Shown here one piece after another: positions 51,597-63,767 of a DNA stretch of 64,000 nt; the first letter of the stretch is position 1; every line of letters starts with the position of its first letter. The stretch is from Mobula hypostoma (lineage: Eukaryota). Under the pieces are notes generated by a model. It was not told where the DNA came from and searched no databases. It saw nothing but the letters and a program-made list of their open reading frames with translations. The position numbers were made by a program, and so were the translations under genes. The DNA lies in assembly GCF_963921235.1 (NCBI RefSeq), contig NC_086108.1, positions 90,336,001 to 90,400,000 on the forward strand, written 5' to 3'.

Positions 51597-51833
51597 AGAA
51601 ACATACATCAAAGTTGCTGGTGAACGCAGCAGGCCAAGCAGCATCTATAGGAAGAGGCGCAGTCGATGTTTCAGGCCGAGACCCTTCGTCAGGATGAAGG
51701 GTCCTGACGAAGGGTCTCGGCCTGAAACATCGACTGCGCCTCTTCCTATAGATGCTGCTTGGCCTGCTGCGTTCACCAGCAACTTTGATGTATGTTGCTT
51801 GAATTTCCAGCATCTGCAGAATTCCTGTTGTTT
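51597..51833. mobile_element. Palindromic Penelope terminal-repeat insertion with a 15-bp TSD
   Basis: Perfect inverted arms 51600-51694 and 51702-51796, loop TGAAGGG; TSD TCCCTCTATGCTTTG at 51582-51596 and 51834-51848. Confidence 0.95.
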
Positions 51834-52149
51834 TCCCTCTATGCTTTGCTCAGTTAGGCATGCATCAGGTTTATTGGAGTCAGCTCTAAAAAAATTTGTT
51901 AAATCTTTAAGGTTCAGTCAGGATTGGATTTCCTAATGTAAGTGAAAGAAGCTATGCTGGCTCTCAGAGTAACCTGGTCATTGGAATTGCCCCAATTATT
52001 TCCCCTGTTACCTGTTCTCTCTCACATGCCCATCCACACATCGCTGATTTGATATGGTTGGGTCGTCCGGTTTTAAACTTAGCAATTTTCTCCCTTTCTC
52101 AATCAATCCTGTTGTTGAGGGCAGTCTTGGCTATGGAGTACAAAGTTGC

Positions 52150-52555
52150 AAAGTAGTTAACACAAAGCTTTAGTGCCATCTGTAAAATTGGGTTTCGATT
52201 CTCCTCGCTGTCTGTCAGGACCTTGTACTGTCTCCCCATCAAGGTGCTCTGGTTTCCTCCCACATTCCAAAGACTATACGGTTAGGGCTACTGAGTTGCG
52301 GGCATGCTATGTTGCCACTGGAAGCATAGCGACACTTCAAGTTCAAGCTTACTGTTACACACAGTATAGTTACGCACAAACAGCTACAAAATAATATTAG
52401 CACACGTCTCTGAGTGGCAGACCCTGAAGATTGACAAGCTGACATAAAGTGTGAGGCTGCTCAGTACAACCCGCACTGATTTGATGTGACGCAAATGACG
52501 CATTTCACTGTACCGTACGTTTCGATGTACACATGACAAATAAAGCTAATCTAAT
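52150..52555 (+). mobile_element. V-SINE/HE1-like SINE
   Basis: B-box-like gggtttcgattc, V-domain tgctctggtttcctcccacattccaaagac, 3' end tgacaaataaagctaatct. Confidence 0.7.
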
Positions 52556-52696
52556 TTCTTTTCTTTATTTGTTAGATGCACATGAACGAATGTGTTTGTT
52601 TTTGATTTGAAAGGCAAGAGCAGGTCCCAAGTACCCTGTACATATCCTTTCCTGGCCCAGACTTCTCAGAGAAACGTTCTTGTTGCTCAACTTTAG

Positions 52697-53412
52697 ATAG
52701 TTTATTGTTTCAATAGGTACATTTAATGTCAGTATACATCCTAACATTCTTTTTCTTCGCAAACATCCATGAAAACAGAGAAGTGTCCCTAAGAATGAAT
52801 GACAGTTAAGCGTTAGAACCCCAAAGGCCCCCCTCCCACGCATAAGCAGCAGCAAAGCAATGACCCCTCCCCCTTCCCCCACCAGCAAAAAAGCATTGGC
52901 ACCCCCCTCCCCACTGAGCACTCAATGCATGCACCAAACTATCAATAAAGACACGGACTTGCAGTACCCCAAAGACTACTCATTCACCTGGTAATTCGAC
53001 ATATCACAGGCTCTCTCTCTTCCCTAATAAGGGAGAAAAAAGGTGTCCCTGTTTCACAGCATGAGGGGAGACATAACAAACAATTTGCTGATTTACGATG
53101 TTAAAAATCTGCTGCATCAGGAATTTGGGTCTCTGGGCACACAGCCAGCAGCCATCTCGCTGCTTTCAATCTTCTGTCTCCCACAATGCACCAGTTTTCA
53201 GTGGTGGCACTGACCTTGAGGAGTACCCCACCGAGCCACGAAATCCTGGAACCCTGAAGGCGTGCTAGTCTTCTATCCCGTGTCCTTGGTATATTGAGTA
53301 GTGGCCAGTCATGAGACCCTGAGAACGGGTCTCATTCCCACAGAGAACTGAACTCAGCGTGTAACTCCAGGTCAGGGTTTTCAAAAGAACCCTGAAAGGG
53401 AAAATAGAAATA
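52697..53412 (-). mobile_element. Non-coding non-autonomous retroelement (same family as 22386-22990)
   Basis: Collinear with the 22.4-23.0 kb copy; 3' end attaaatgtacctattgaaac on the minus strand. Confidence 0.7.
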
Positions 53413-54279
53413 TCTTGTGTGGGTAATCCTTCCATTATTGTGTGTGCAATGATCTCGTCTACAGAGCAATGCTCCCCTTTGGCTCCGTACCTTGAAGGGA
53501 TAAAGTACGAAGAGTTGTTTCCTCTTTATGGGTAGGCTGCTGCTCTTTGCAACCAGGATTAGAAAAATCAGGGTCACTTTCTGTCATTGCCACTGTTTCA
53601 CCTTGCACTTAATGCTCTGTTTACTTCTCTGATTCTTTCTCCTTGGGCACCCTGTTGTTCAGGTGACATTTTGTGGTTGATTAAATACGTCTACCAGCGG
53701 ATCCTGAGCTCTATTAAATTTTCAAGTGGGGCTTTCCAGTACTATTATTGCATTTCATTTGGTGCTTTACTGACCCTTTCTATCTAGCCTCAGCTTCCTC
53801 TGGTATATTTAAAAAAATATGGGTATGTTTCAGCCTTATTCTTGTGACAAATACATATATTGATTGTATGTGCACTCACCTGCCATTTCAAATTAAAGTT
53901 AAACCATGTAAATCTTTTCCACCTTATAGAAATTGCTTGAAATTTGTCATTTGAGATCCATCATTGAGTGCTTGAAAATTGAATTTCATCCTTTTTTAAA
54001 TGGATTAAAGATGCTCTGCATATTATGTCAGTGTCTGGCTGGATTTCCTGTGAAGGATTTGTGAAATTGCCCAAAAATACAGTAAAAAAAGATGTAAGGG
54101 TTGTTTACAACCACAAAAATGCAATAAAGTGGAATCACGGTTCCCAACAGGACTAGGTTGACATCGAATGCAGTCTTCGGCACTGGAGGCATGCCAATCT
54201 GATAAGGATGTGGTGCTTAAAGGCATACTCCCGATTGCATCTACAAACCAGCATTGCACGTCATACAAACTTAAATTCA

Positions 54280-54795
54280 GAGACCACTACAGCACAGAAA
54301 CAGGCCTTTTGTCCCATCTAGTCCACGCCAAAGTATTATTCTGCCTAGTCCTATTGACTTGCACCTGGAACTTCGCCCTCCAGACCCCTCCCATCTATGT
54401 ACACATCCAAATTTCTTTTAAATGTTGAAATTGAACTCGCATTCACCACTCTCACTGTCACCATCCTCTAAGTGAGGAATTCCCCTGAAGCATTTCATCT
54501 TTCACCCTTAACCTATTACCTCTAGTTCTAATCTCACCCAACCTCAGTGGGGGAAAAAGCCTGCTTTCATTTGCCCTATCTATACCTCTCATGGTTTTAT
54601 ATTCCTATATCAAATCTCCCCTCATTCTCCAGTGCTCCAGCAAATCTCCCCTCATTCTCCAGTGCTCCAGGGAATAAAGTCCTCACCTATTTAACAGATC
54701 CTCAAGTTCTGGCAACATCCCTGTTAATTTTCTCTGTACTCTTCATAACTTATTGATATCTTTCCTGTAGGTAGATGACCAGAACTGCACACAAT
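54280..54795 (-). mobile_element. CR1 3' fragment containing a 30-bp tandem duplication (54611-54670)
   Basis: Reverse complement of CR1 3' UTR; CAAATCTCCCCTCATTCTCCAGTGCTCCAG occurs twice in tandem. Confidence 0.75.
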
Positions 54796-55189
54796 TATGA
54801 CTAAAATTAAAACACAAAAAACTTTGGAATAACTCAGCTGGTGAGGCAACATCTGTGCAAGGTACAACAGAGATAACATTTAAGATCTAGGGCTCTTCTT
54901 TAAGATGACAGAGTGGAAATTGGCAGCATAAGTAATGTATTTTTCAAGCTCTGTGTGGGTACAGGAAGCAATGCTACTGTTTGCATTGCTGTACCAGAAT
55001 GTTGAGGGTGAAGGAGGCCCACAGTGAAAATGGACAGGAATAGAAAGAGAGTGGAGTTGAAGGAAGAACGATCAACTAAGGTTAAATTAGTTTATAGCTA
55101 TATGCACCAGGGTGCAATGAAATTCCAGGTTGGCTTGAAGTCCATAGAGTAAACAGTGTACCTCATAATAATAAACACACTGAGTAGCA

Positions 55190-55329
55190 CTCTCAAAATG
55201 GCCTGAGGAATTCAGCAGGTCAGGCAGCATCTATAGAAAGGAATAGAAAGTCGGTCCTGATGAGGGCTGGAACATTGACTCTTTATTCTCTTCCATGGAT
55301 GCTGCTGGCCTGCTGAGTTGCTCCAGCAT

Positions 55330-55368
<39 letters not shown>

Positions 55369-55405
55369 CTGGATTTCCAGCATCTGTGGAACCTCTTGCA
55401 TTTCT
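55190..55405. mobile_element. Older inverted Penelope terminal-repeat pair with a (GT)16 microsatellite
   Basis: Minus arm 55190-55252; plus arm from GTCCTGATGA at 55254; GT run 55333-55364. Confidence 0.7.
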
Positions 55406-57009
55406 AATAGAATGCTGAAGGTAAAACAGCAGAACAGTGCACGGATAGTAATGCAGTCGAAAGGAGTGCACCAAGTGACAACAGAATAATATGTGGCAGC
55501 TCCACTGAGTAGTGGATGTAAAAGATGTGATTGCTTTAGAAGATCGACTGCAGTGGTTGGAGGTGGGGGGAGCTCTAATTGAGTGTGTATGTCTGGGCTT
55601 TTGAGCTCTCGTACTTCCTCCCAGAAGACTGAAGAGAGAAAAGGGAATCCTGGATGATGCTACTAGCCGTCTTAAAGCATAGCACTGCGACAGTGGACTG
55701 GGTGGAGGAAGGTGGACTGGATTAGATCAGAGAGTCATTCACTGAATGCTGTGATCAGAGTAGGTGAACCTGTAAATGAGGATGTGAAGGATGATTATCT
55801 GTTGTCTGGGCTCTTTTGGCTGGTTACTGGTGAACTTTGTTAGGGCAAAGCAATAGAGTGTGAAGAAACTCACTTTGAATGTGAGATTATGATTTAGAAA
55901 GATGCGTGTATATCCTTGTTGCTCTTACAGTCAATGCCTCCCCCACAACTCCATTGGGACATGAAGCTGGTGATGTTCTGCTGGCACTTCCCATCATCTT
56001 GCTCCCCTCTATTTACACAGTAGTACTGTGATGATTTATAAGAGAAAAAATCTTTTAAAGGCAATTGCACTTTTTCTACTTGACCTTAGTTTGACACAGG
56101 ACAATATTACGTGTGTCAGCAGAGAAGCCTGATAAAGGTCACATGTGCCCAACGGACGGAAATCCTTTTAACAGTTGTGTTTCTGACTGGTCTTTTAATG
56201 GCTATTTCAGAATGTATATTTGGAGGATTGGTAATATGAACTGTATCCAGAATAGCATTTTCATATATATATTAGCCTAATTGTAATTCCGATAACTTGG
56301 ATGTTTGAGTGTGTTACTGAATGACATTATAATTATTTTAAATGATTAAACATCATTTTAAAGTTGCATTCCAAATGTTTCCAGACCATAATATTTCAAA
56401 TCTTTAACCTTAAGATCTAATGTAGATTGATAATAGAGAAGGATTATCGCGTTGGTGCACTTAGCAAATCCTTTTGTCAATTACAAGCTATCGAGAATAG
56501 TGGTGTAGTGTGTTTTTAATGTGAATGATAATGCGCTGGCATATGTGAATAATAGTGGGGCTGTCACTGCTCACCCTTATACTGGAGGAAATCTGGCAGC
56601 AACTTTTGCAACATGCCAGTGTGTATTTAAGTACAGAAATAGCCTGCTCCTTCGCTCGCAAACCACATGCTATAATAAAAACAACAAAAGAATCATCTGA
56701 TGAACTTGCACGTTACTTTACAAATGGAGCATTACTAAGTTTTCAGTGGAGCCCTCTTGCTATGCCCATCCACCACTGACAGACACAGTGACATCGGTTT
56801 ACATGGTGCATGTGAAAACAAGATTGGCAGCGTCACAGTATACTGCAGTCTGCAAACCCCTAATTACTCCTGATCAGTCCCCCTGGGGCCGTGCAAAAAC
56901 TTGCCTGTGTTTCAACTGCAATTTGCTCTGAATATTTATTTCTTAAATTAAATAGTTTTAGAGTAAAAGAATTTTATTGTCAAGTATTTTTACATTAATT
57001 CATGCATAT

Positions 57010-57078
57010 ATTTTGTATTTAGTTTAAAATGCAGGTTGAAATTTTGTATTTAGTTTAAAATGCAGGTTGAAATTTTGT
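57010..57078. repeat. 31-bp perfect tandem duplication
   Basis: ATTTTGTATTTAGTTTAAAATGCAGGTTGAA twice, followed by ATTTTGT. Confidence 0.95.
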
Positions 57079-57699
57079 TCTTGGTTTTGGTATCTGCCAG
57101 AGTTTTTCCATTTGACTGGCTATACAGCCAGTTGATATCTGTACTGGCCACCATAGTCCCTGGAGCAAGTGTCTGATTGCAGCTGGTGTCAGGAAGGAGA
57201 AAATGCAGACCACAAAGCCAACTGAATCCTTTTCGGGAAGGTTTATTCTTGGTCAGCAGGCAATGCCATCATTGCGTTGTTGGTCATTGCCTCAATTGTC
57301 ACAGTGTGAAGATAGGAATAATGTTGACTGAGAGTGCTCGTGTCCAAACCATTGCTGCTTTTTTTATTATAGAAAGAGCATTTTCACTTAATACACTGGC
57401 AATACCCCTCAGGTTATTGGATTTTTCAAATAAATCCCTTATCATCCTTTTAATCTCTGGTGGATTCAACCTGCCCAATTATCAAAGATAGAATATAGAA
57501 CAGTTCAGCACAAGAACAGGTCTTTTGGCCTGTAATGTGTTAAGCTAAGCTAGTAACATCTAACTTTCCTGCACACGGTCCATATTCCTTCATTCTCTGC
57601 GTCTTCACATGCCTATCTAAGAGTCTCTTATTGTGTTTTGTTAATTTAAGGAGGATAGAAAGAGAATTTTCGTGGTTGATTCAGGATAGGTTCAAATAA

Positions 57700-60635
57700 T
57701 GATCAGATCTGAACAGGACTATTCCTCTGATCCTGGATTATTTTTAATTACTTGGATCATTGGAACCTCTACTGGGGCAGTGGTGAACTGTACAAAAGGG
57801 ATGGGTATACCTCAACTGGAAGGGAACTAGTATCTGACCTGTTTTACTAGTGGTACTGAAGAAGGTTTAAGCTAGTTTGGTAAGAGGATGGCAAACTGAT
57901 CACCAGGTCAGAAAGTGGAGGGATGGAGAGGAAGGTAGATGCCAGGTTCAGTAAAAACAGGCAGGAGCAAGGTAACAGATATAATGCGACGGATAATTTC
58001 AAGTGTTTGTATTTTAATTCCTTAAAGTATTATGGATAAAGGTGATAAATTTAGAGCATGGATCACCACAGTGAATTGTGATGTTGTGGTCATAACAGAA
58101 ACTCATTTGAAAGGAGGAGAGGAATGGGTGCTTAATGTCCTAGGGTTTTGATGTTTTAGAAAAGATGGAGAGGGTGGTTAAAAGGAGGGAGGGGAAGTTC
58201 TGTTAATTAGGGACAATATCACAGCTGCATTCAGAGGGAACATAATGGAAGGTTCATCCACTGAGTCTATATGGGTAAGACCCAAAAATAGGAAGGCTGC
58301 AATCACTCTGATAGGATTATAATACAGACCTCGCCACTGACTGCCATCAGAACTTTGAGGAACAGATATGCAGGCATATTAAAGAAAGGTATAAAAACAA
58401 TAGGGTTGTTGTCTTGGGGGACTTCAAGTACCCTAACATAAATAGTGATTTTTTTAGTGCAAGAGGTTTAGTTGGTGTAGAATTTGTTGGGTACTTTCAG
58501 GGGGGTATCTTATTTCTATATGTAGATATCCAACACGAGGAGAGGCTGTACTGGACCTGGTGTTGGGCAATAATTCTGGCTAGGTGATTGACCTCTCAGT
58601 AGATGAGTAGTTAGGGAGAAGTGACTGCAGCTCCTTTTAAGATAGCTGCAGATAAGAATAAGTATGGACCTTGCAGAAAATTATTAAATTGGGACTTGGC
58701 AATTACGAGAACTTCAGGCCGGAACTAGGGAAAGTTAATTGGTAACAAGTGCGTTTGGGCAAGGCCACATCTGACATGTAGCGGGTTCTTAAAGACCAGC
58801 TGCACAGGATGCAGGAAAGCTATGTTTTAGTTAGAAGAAAGGATAAAGATGGCAAGGTAAGACAACCTGGGATGTCGTGAGAGGTGATGTATTTAGTCAA
58901 GAAGGAAAAGGAAAAGTATGTAAAGCTTAGGAAGCTAGAATCAAACAGAATCTTTGAGGATTATAAAGAAGCCAGAAAAGAACTAGAGGGAATTAGGAAA
59001 ATCAGGAGGGGCCACTGAATGTCCTTGGCAAGTAAGATTAAAGAGAGTCCCAAGACATTCTATGCACACATCAGGAGCAAGAGGGAGTGTGTTAGACCAA
59101 TCAAGGATAAAGGAGGAAACATTTGCTAGGATATGGAGGATTTGGGTGAGGTCCTTAAGGAGTATTTGCCAAGGAGAAGTGTGTGGAGAATAGGGAGGTT
59201 ATTGTTGAATTTATTAATCTGCAAGGGCATTTCAAAGTAAAGGAGGAGGTAGAGTTGGGTCTCTTAAAGAGCAATAAGGTGGAAAAATCTCCAGGGCCTG
59301 ATGGGATATACCACAAGTTATTAAGATAGACAAGAGAAGAGAATGCTGGGGTCATGATGAGGACTGACACAGTAGCTCATGCTGTTCCATTATTCAAGAA
59401 GGGAGCCAGAGATCATCCTGGAAGCTGTACTTCATGAGTCTTATGTCAGTGGTTATGAAGTTACTGGAAAGAGTTCTTAGAGATAGGACTTGTGAGCTTT
59501 TGGAAAACTGGCGTAATTAGGGAGTGGCAGCATGGCTTTGTGTAGGACAAATGTCTTATTAGCTTGATTGAGTTTTTGACAAAATTATGAGGGTGATTAT
59601 TGAAGGTAGATCTGTGGATGTTGTCTACATGATTTTAGAAAGACGTTTGACAAGGTCCATCATGGGAAGCTTATCCAGAAGATTAAAATGCATCCAATCT
59701 ATGTTAAATTGGCTGTTTTTTTTTAATCAGAGCGAGCTCGCCCATAGAAGATAGAGGGTAGTGGTCGAAGGGACTTATTATAGCTGGAGTTCTGTGATTA
59801 GTGGTATCATGAAGGAATCTGAACCGAGGCAGCTGCTGCTTGTGATGTAAATGAATGAATTGGATGAAAATGTAGATGGGTCTTAGTAAGTTTACAGATG
59901 ATGGGGATTGCTGGTGTTGTGGAAAGTGTAGAAAACTCGCAAGAGTATAGCAGGATATAGATCAGTTGCCGATACGGGAGGAGAAATAGCAGATGGAGTT
60001 TAATCCGGGTGAATAGGAAACGTTGGCAGGTCAAATGTAAAGAGACAGTATACTGTTGAAGACAAGACCATTAACAGTGTTGATGAGCAGAAGGATTTTG
60101 GGGTTCATGTTCACAATTTCCTGAAAGTGGCTACATGGGTTGATGGAGTGGTTAAGAAGGCATATGGCGTGCTTGTCTGTATTAATTGAGGCATTGAGTT
60201 CAAACATTAGGAAGTTATGTTGCAGCTTTGTAAAACTCTAATTACACTGAATCTGGAGTAGTGCATTCATATCTGAGGGGTGTTTATAAGATTATGGGAG
60301 ACATAGTAAACAGAGTAAGCAGATGGTATATTTTTCCCGGGGTTGAAATGTCCAGTATCAGGAGACATGCATTTAAGGTGAAAGGGGGTCATTTCAAAGG
60401 AGATATGAAGGTTAAGTTTTTATTTACAAAGAGTGTTGGATGCCTGGAATGTGCTGCCTGGGATGGTGGTAGAAGTAGATACATTTGAGACGTTTAAGAG
60501 ACGTTCAGACAGTCCCATGAATGTGAGGAAAATGGAAGGATATTGGCATTGTGTAAGGATTAGTTTAGTTGGCCATTGATTTCCAATTTAATTGGTTCAG
60601 TACAGCATTGGGTCTATTTCAATGCTGAACTGTTC
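57700..60635 (+). mobile_element. Long, heavily degraded CR1 LINE (endonuclease through RT and 3' UTR) with internal deletions
   Basis: DVVVITET, GDF, LDLVLGN, KSPGPDGIY, QHGF, FDKVHH motifs; jumps from the 'ECI' region to 'VYKIM' near 60270. Confidence 0.88.
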
Positions 60636-61449
60636 CATCGCTCACTTTTTGTGGATGTGCTTGGGAAAGCCACCATTTATGGTCCATTGCTCATTGCCCT
60701 TGGGAAGATGAGGCAATTTGCTGTCTCAAACATATATAATGCTTTTAGAGAAGATACTCCACTTTAATAAAAGAATGAAAGAAGTAGAATATTTGTAAGT
60801 GTTGAGAAATTAGGAAATATTAATGCAAAAAGGAACCTCCCTGTGCTAGTTCTGACACACAGATAGTAAACATGAAGATGATCAAGTACTTAGAAAGGCA
60901 AATGGCAAATCTACTGCAAGGTTTTAGAGTACAAAAGTAAGAAGATCTTACTGAGATTGGCCAGGGTTTTGGAGAAATCTGATAAATCTCTTTGGAGAAA
61001 TCTTTGAGGCCTCTGTACAATGTCCTCAAGGGAAGGAGAGTGTAAATTTGCTAGTCCTGGGAGATTGGGTTGGTTTGCAATGGGATACTGAGGAAGTCTG
61101 GCTTACAGGAGTTTAGAAAAAAAAGAGGCATGATATCACAAAGTCAAAGTCAAAAACAAGTTTATTGTCATATGTATCAGCGCATGTATACAGAGTTGTA
61201 ATGAAATACTGCCTTGCAGCAGTATCAGAAGTACATGGTATCATAGAAGCAGCATTCAGAAGAAAAGCATACTGTATATTAAACATACATTATGCACATT
61301 TATTCAAGAAAGAATTCAATTAGAACAAAAAAAAACTATTTTAGTCCAAAGTGATTGAAGTGGTCATAGTGTTGTTCAACTATGGTTAAGGTTGTGCTAG
61401 TGACTTCTGGTTCCTTTCGGTTATTGTAGTTGGGGTGGTAACGGCCATA

Positions 61450-61990
61450 AGCTCACACTACATATGAAATGCTCCTAGTGGCTTGCATCTCAAATAGACC
61501 TTTGACAACTAAGTTTAGCTCCTGGCCTTCATATGTGACTTAGCTACTAAGCCCTGTTGAATCATTTCTGCTGACAGGAGAAGGGGCAAGAGAAGGTTAT
61601 TTTTGCCTTAAAATTAGTTGCTTTGGGCAGATGGGGCTTATCCACATGGTTGGTAGCTCATCTAGGAGAAGGAAAAATATGAACTCAAACCTCCGCTGCC
61701 TTGTGGCTGTACCCACTCATGGGGAAGGCTTTGGGAGTAAACCCCAAGGAAAAATCTGGAGCTGCAGTTCTTAAAGCAGTCCTGTGTTGAGTTCAATGAC
61801 TGGCAGCTCCTGGCCAATGGTGTCCAGCTATATTGGTCTCTGCCATTCCTTTGGATTCATCTGCTGTGTGGAGAGGGGGAGCCTGCAACATGAGCAACAG
61901 CTTGCTCTCCATATTGACTGCCCTGGCATATCACGTAGAGAGTTGGGATGCAACATCCATGGCCAACTCACAACCAATGGAGGGCTTCCA
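61450..61990 (+). mobile_element. RTE 5'UTR-related repeat nested in a Rex1-like 3' fragment (about 61140-62110, minus strand)
   Basis: ggagaaggaaaa..ctcaaacc and gggagtaaacccc motifs; Rex-type flanks. Confidence 0.45.
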
Positions 61991-62141
61991 GTGGGTTCAA
62001 GAACCAACTGGTTGAAAGGAAATAGCTGTTCTGGAATCTGATGATATACGACTTCAAACATCTTTTTTTCTTGCCCAGTGGCAGCTGTGAAAAGGTGACA
62101 TGGCCTATTGGTAGGAATGTTCCATATTTCACTTTTCTGGT

Positions 62142-62900
62142 TTAAGATGGCGCTACTGAAGATGTCTGACAGCTTAATGGTAGATCAGAGGAAATATGAC
62201 TAAAATATTATTAATAGCACCTTTCTTGAAGTAAATAGTGGTCACCACAGACGATGAAGCACATGGAGGTGAAGCAGATCCAAAAGATGGGCCATGTGGG
62301 AGTATCGCAAAGCAGGAACACAACAACATCTTAAAGACATGGCTGCAGTCAATGTTGTTACCGCTGCCTCTGTTGGAGTGAATGATTTGGAGAGCAGTCG
62401 ATGCGGAAGAGTTTGAAGCCCGTCTGCCAAACCTGGGTGCGAGGTTGGATCGCTCCAAGCGCGGAGCTGATTTGGTAAGATCGAGAACGACTTCGGGCTT
62501 TGCTGCCCAAGCGTGTTGCTGCACCGAGATCCATTTCCTAGAGCAAGGCACTACTCAATGCTTGGACAACTTAAATGCCTGGTCAGGACCCCTGATGAAG
62601 GGTCTCGGCCTGAAACGTCGACTGCACCTCTTCCTAGAGATGCTGCCTGGCCTGCTGCATTCACCAGCAACTTTTATGTGTGTTATCTAAAAGCTCAGTC
62701 TGGTTTGGAATGCTATCGTTTTCATTTATTGTTTGCATGGTGTGTATGTGTCTTTTTTCCCCTCTTTCTCTGCACAGTGCTTATGGTCTTCCATAGTTTT
62801 TAAATTGGGTTCTTTAGGTTTCTTGCTTTGTTGGTGCCTGTAAGCAAACATATCTCAAGGTGTATACTTTGTATATTCTTTGATAATAAATGAACCTTGA
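62142..62900 (+). mobile_element. AAGATGGCG-type non-autonomous element carrying a Penelope terminal-repeat insert
   Basis: Related ends to 48636-49515; the insert at 62591-62685 matches the hammerhead family. Confidence 0.65.
62591..62625 (+). ncRNA. Hammerhead core with the helix I 5' strand lost by truncation
   Basis: C-CUGAUGA-AGGGUCUCGGCCU-GAAA-C-GUC-GACUG. Confidence 0.6.
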
Positions 62901-63186
62901 TTGATAGATGTGGCCTTCTTGAAGCAGTGCCTCCTGCAGATATGACCGATGGTATGAAGGGATGTGCTTGTTATATATTCTGTTGAGTCAACTACTTTCT
63001 GAAGCTTCTTATGTTCCTGCAGATTGGTATTGCCGCACCTGACTAACAAAGTGAAGATGCTGATGCGCCTTCATACATGTGCTAGGACCTGGATAGGTCA
63101 TCTCATTCTCTCAATCTCCAACTGCAGAGTATTGCACGTTCACCCTCTTTCCCCTTCCTGAAGCGACTGATGTTGAACAAGACATT

Positions 63187-63356
63187 GTTATTCTGGTATC
63201 ACTCAACTAAGGGTTCTCTCTCACTAACGGTAAAGGAGTTTACAAGAAGATCTTGTTTCCTCAATAACTTCTTTACCCTTAGTGAGAGAGAACACTTGTA
63301 AACTCCTTTACCATTAGTGAGAGAAAGAACCCTTAGTTGAGTGATACCACAATAAC
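63187..63356. repeat. Inverted repeat with ~60-bp arms and a third partial internal copy
   Basis: 63187-63246 matches the reverse complement of 63295-63356; extra CTTTACCCTTAGTGAGAGAGAAC at 63271-63293. Confidence 0.85.
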
Positions 63357-63767
63357 TAGGTCTTGGGGATGTTTCCTCAAGACCTATTAGGTACATTCTC
63401 AGGAAAGGAGTTGGACCTTTAGGACTGAAATGAGAAGAATACTCTGTATGCAGCAGATTATTGTTTTTTTTGGGAAAGTGTGCATGCTCATTTGTTGGGA
63501 AAATTCAAGGCTTACAATTTTTTTTTCCCCTTAAGTCTTGGAAATAGATCCATTTGGTCATTTAGTCCATGCAACAATTCCATGCCCCATATTTCCTATA
63601 ACCTTTCTCACATGCCCTTTAATGCTCCCCACAATCCTCCTACCACCGAACAGTAACAGGGATAACTTAGGTTAGTGAATCAGCCGAACATGCAGTATAA
63701 GACATAATAGCAGCAATAAGCGATCCAGCCCATTGAGTCTGCACCACCATTCAATCGTGGCTGATCT

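Noticed and set aside
51600..51796. Palindrome as a pre-miRNA or a DNA-transposon MITE
   Set aside because: The arms are retroelement terminal-repeat sequence with a 15-bp TSD and an asymmetric 3' extension, unlike MITE TIRs or conserved miRNA hairpins
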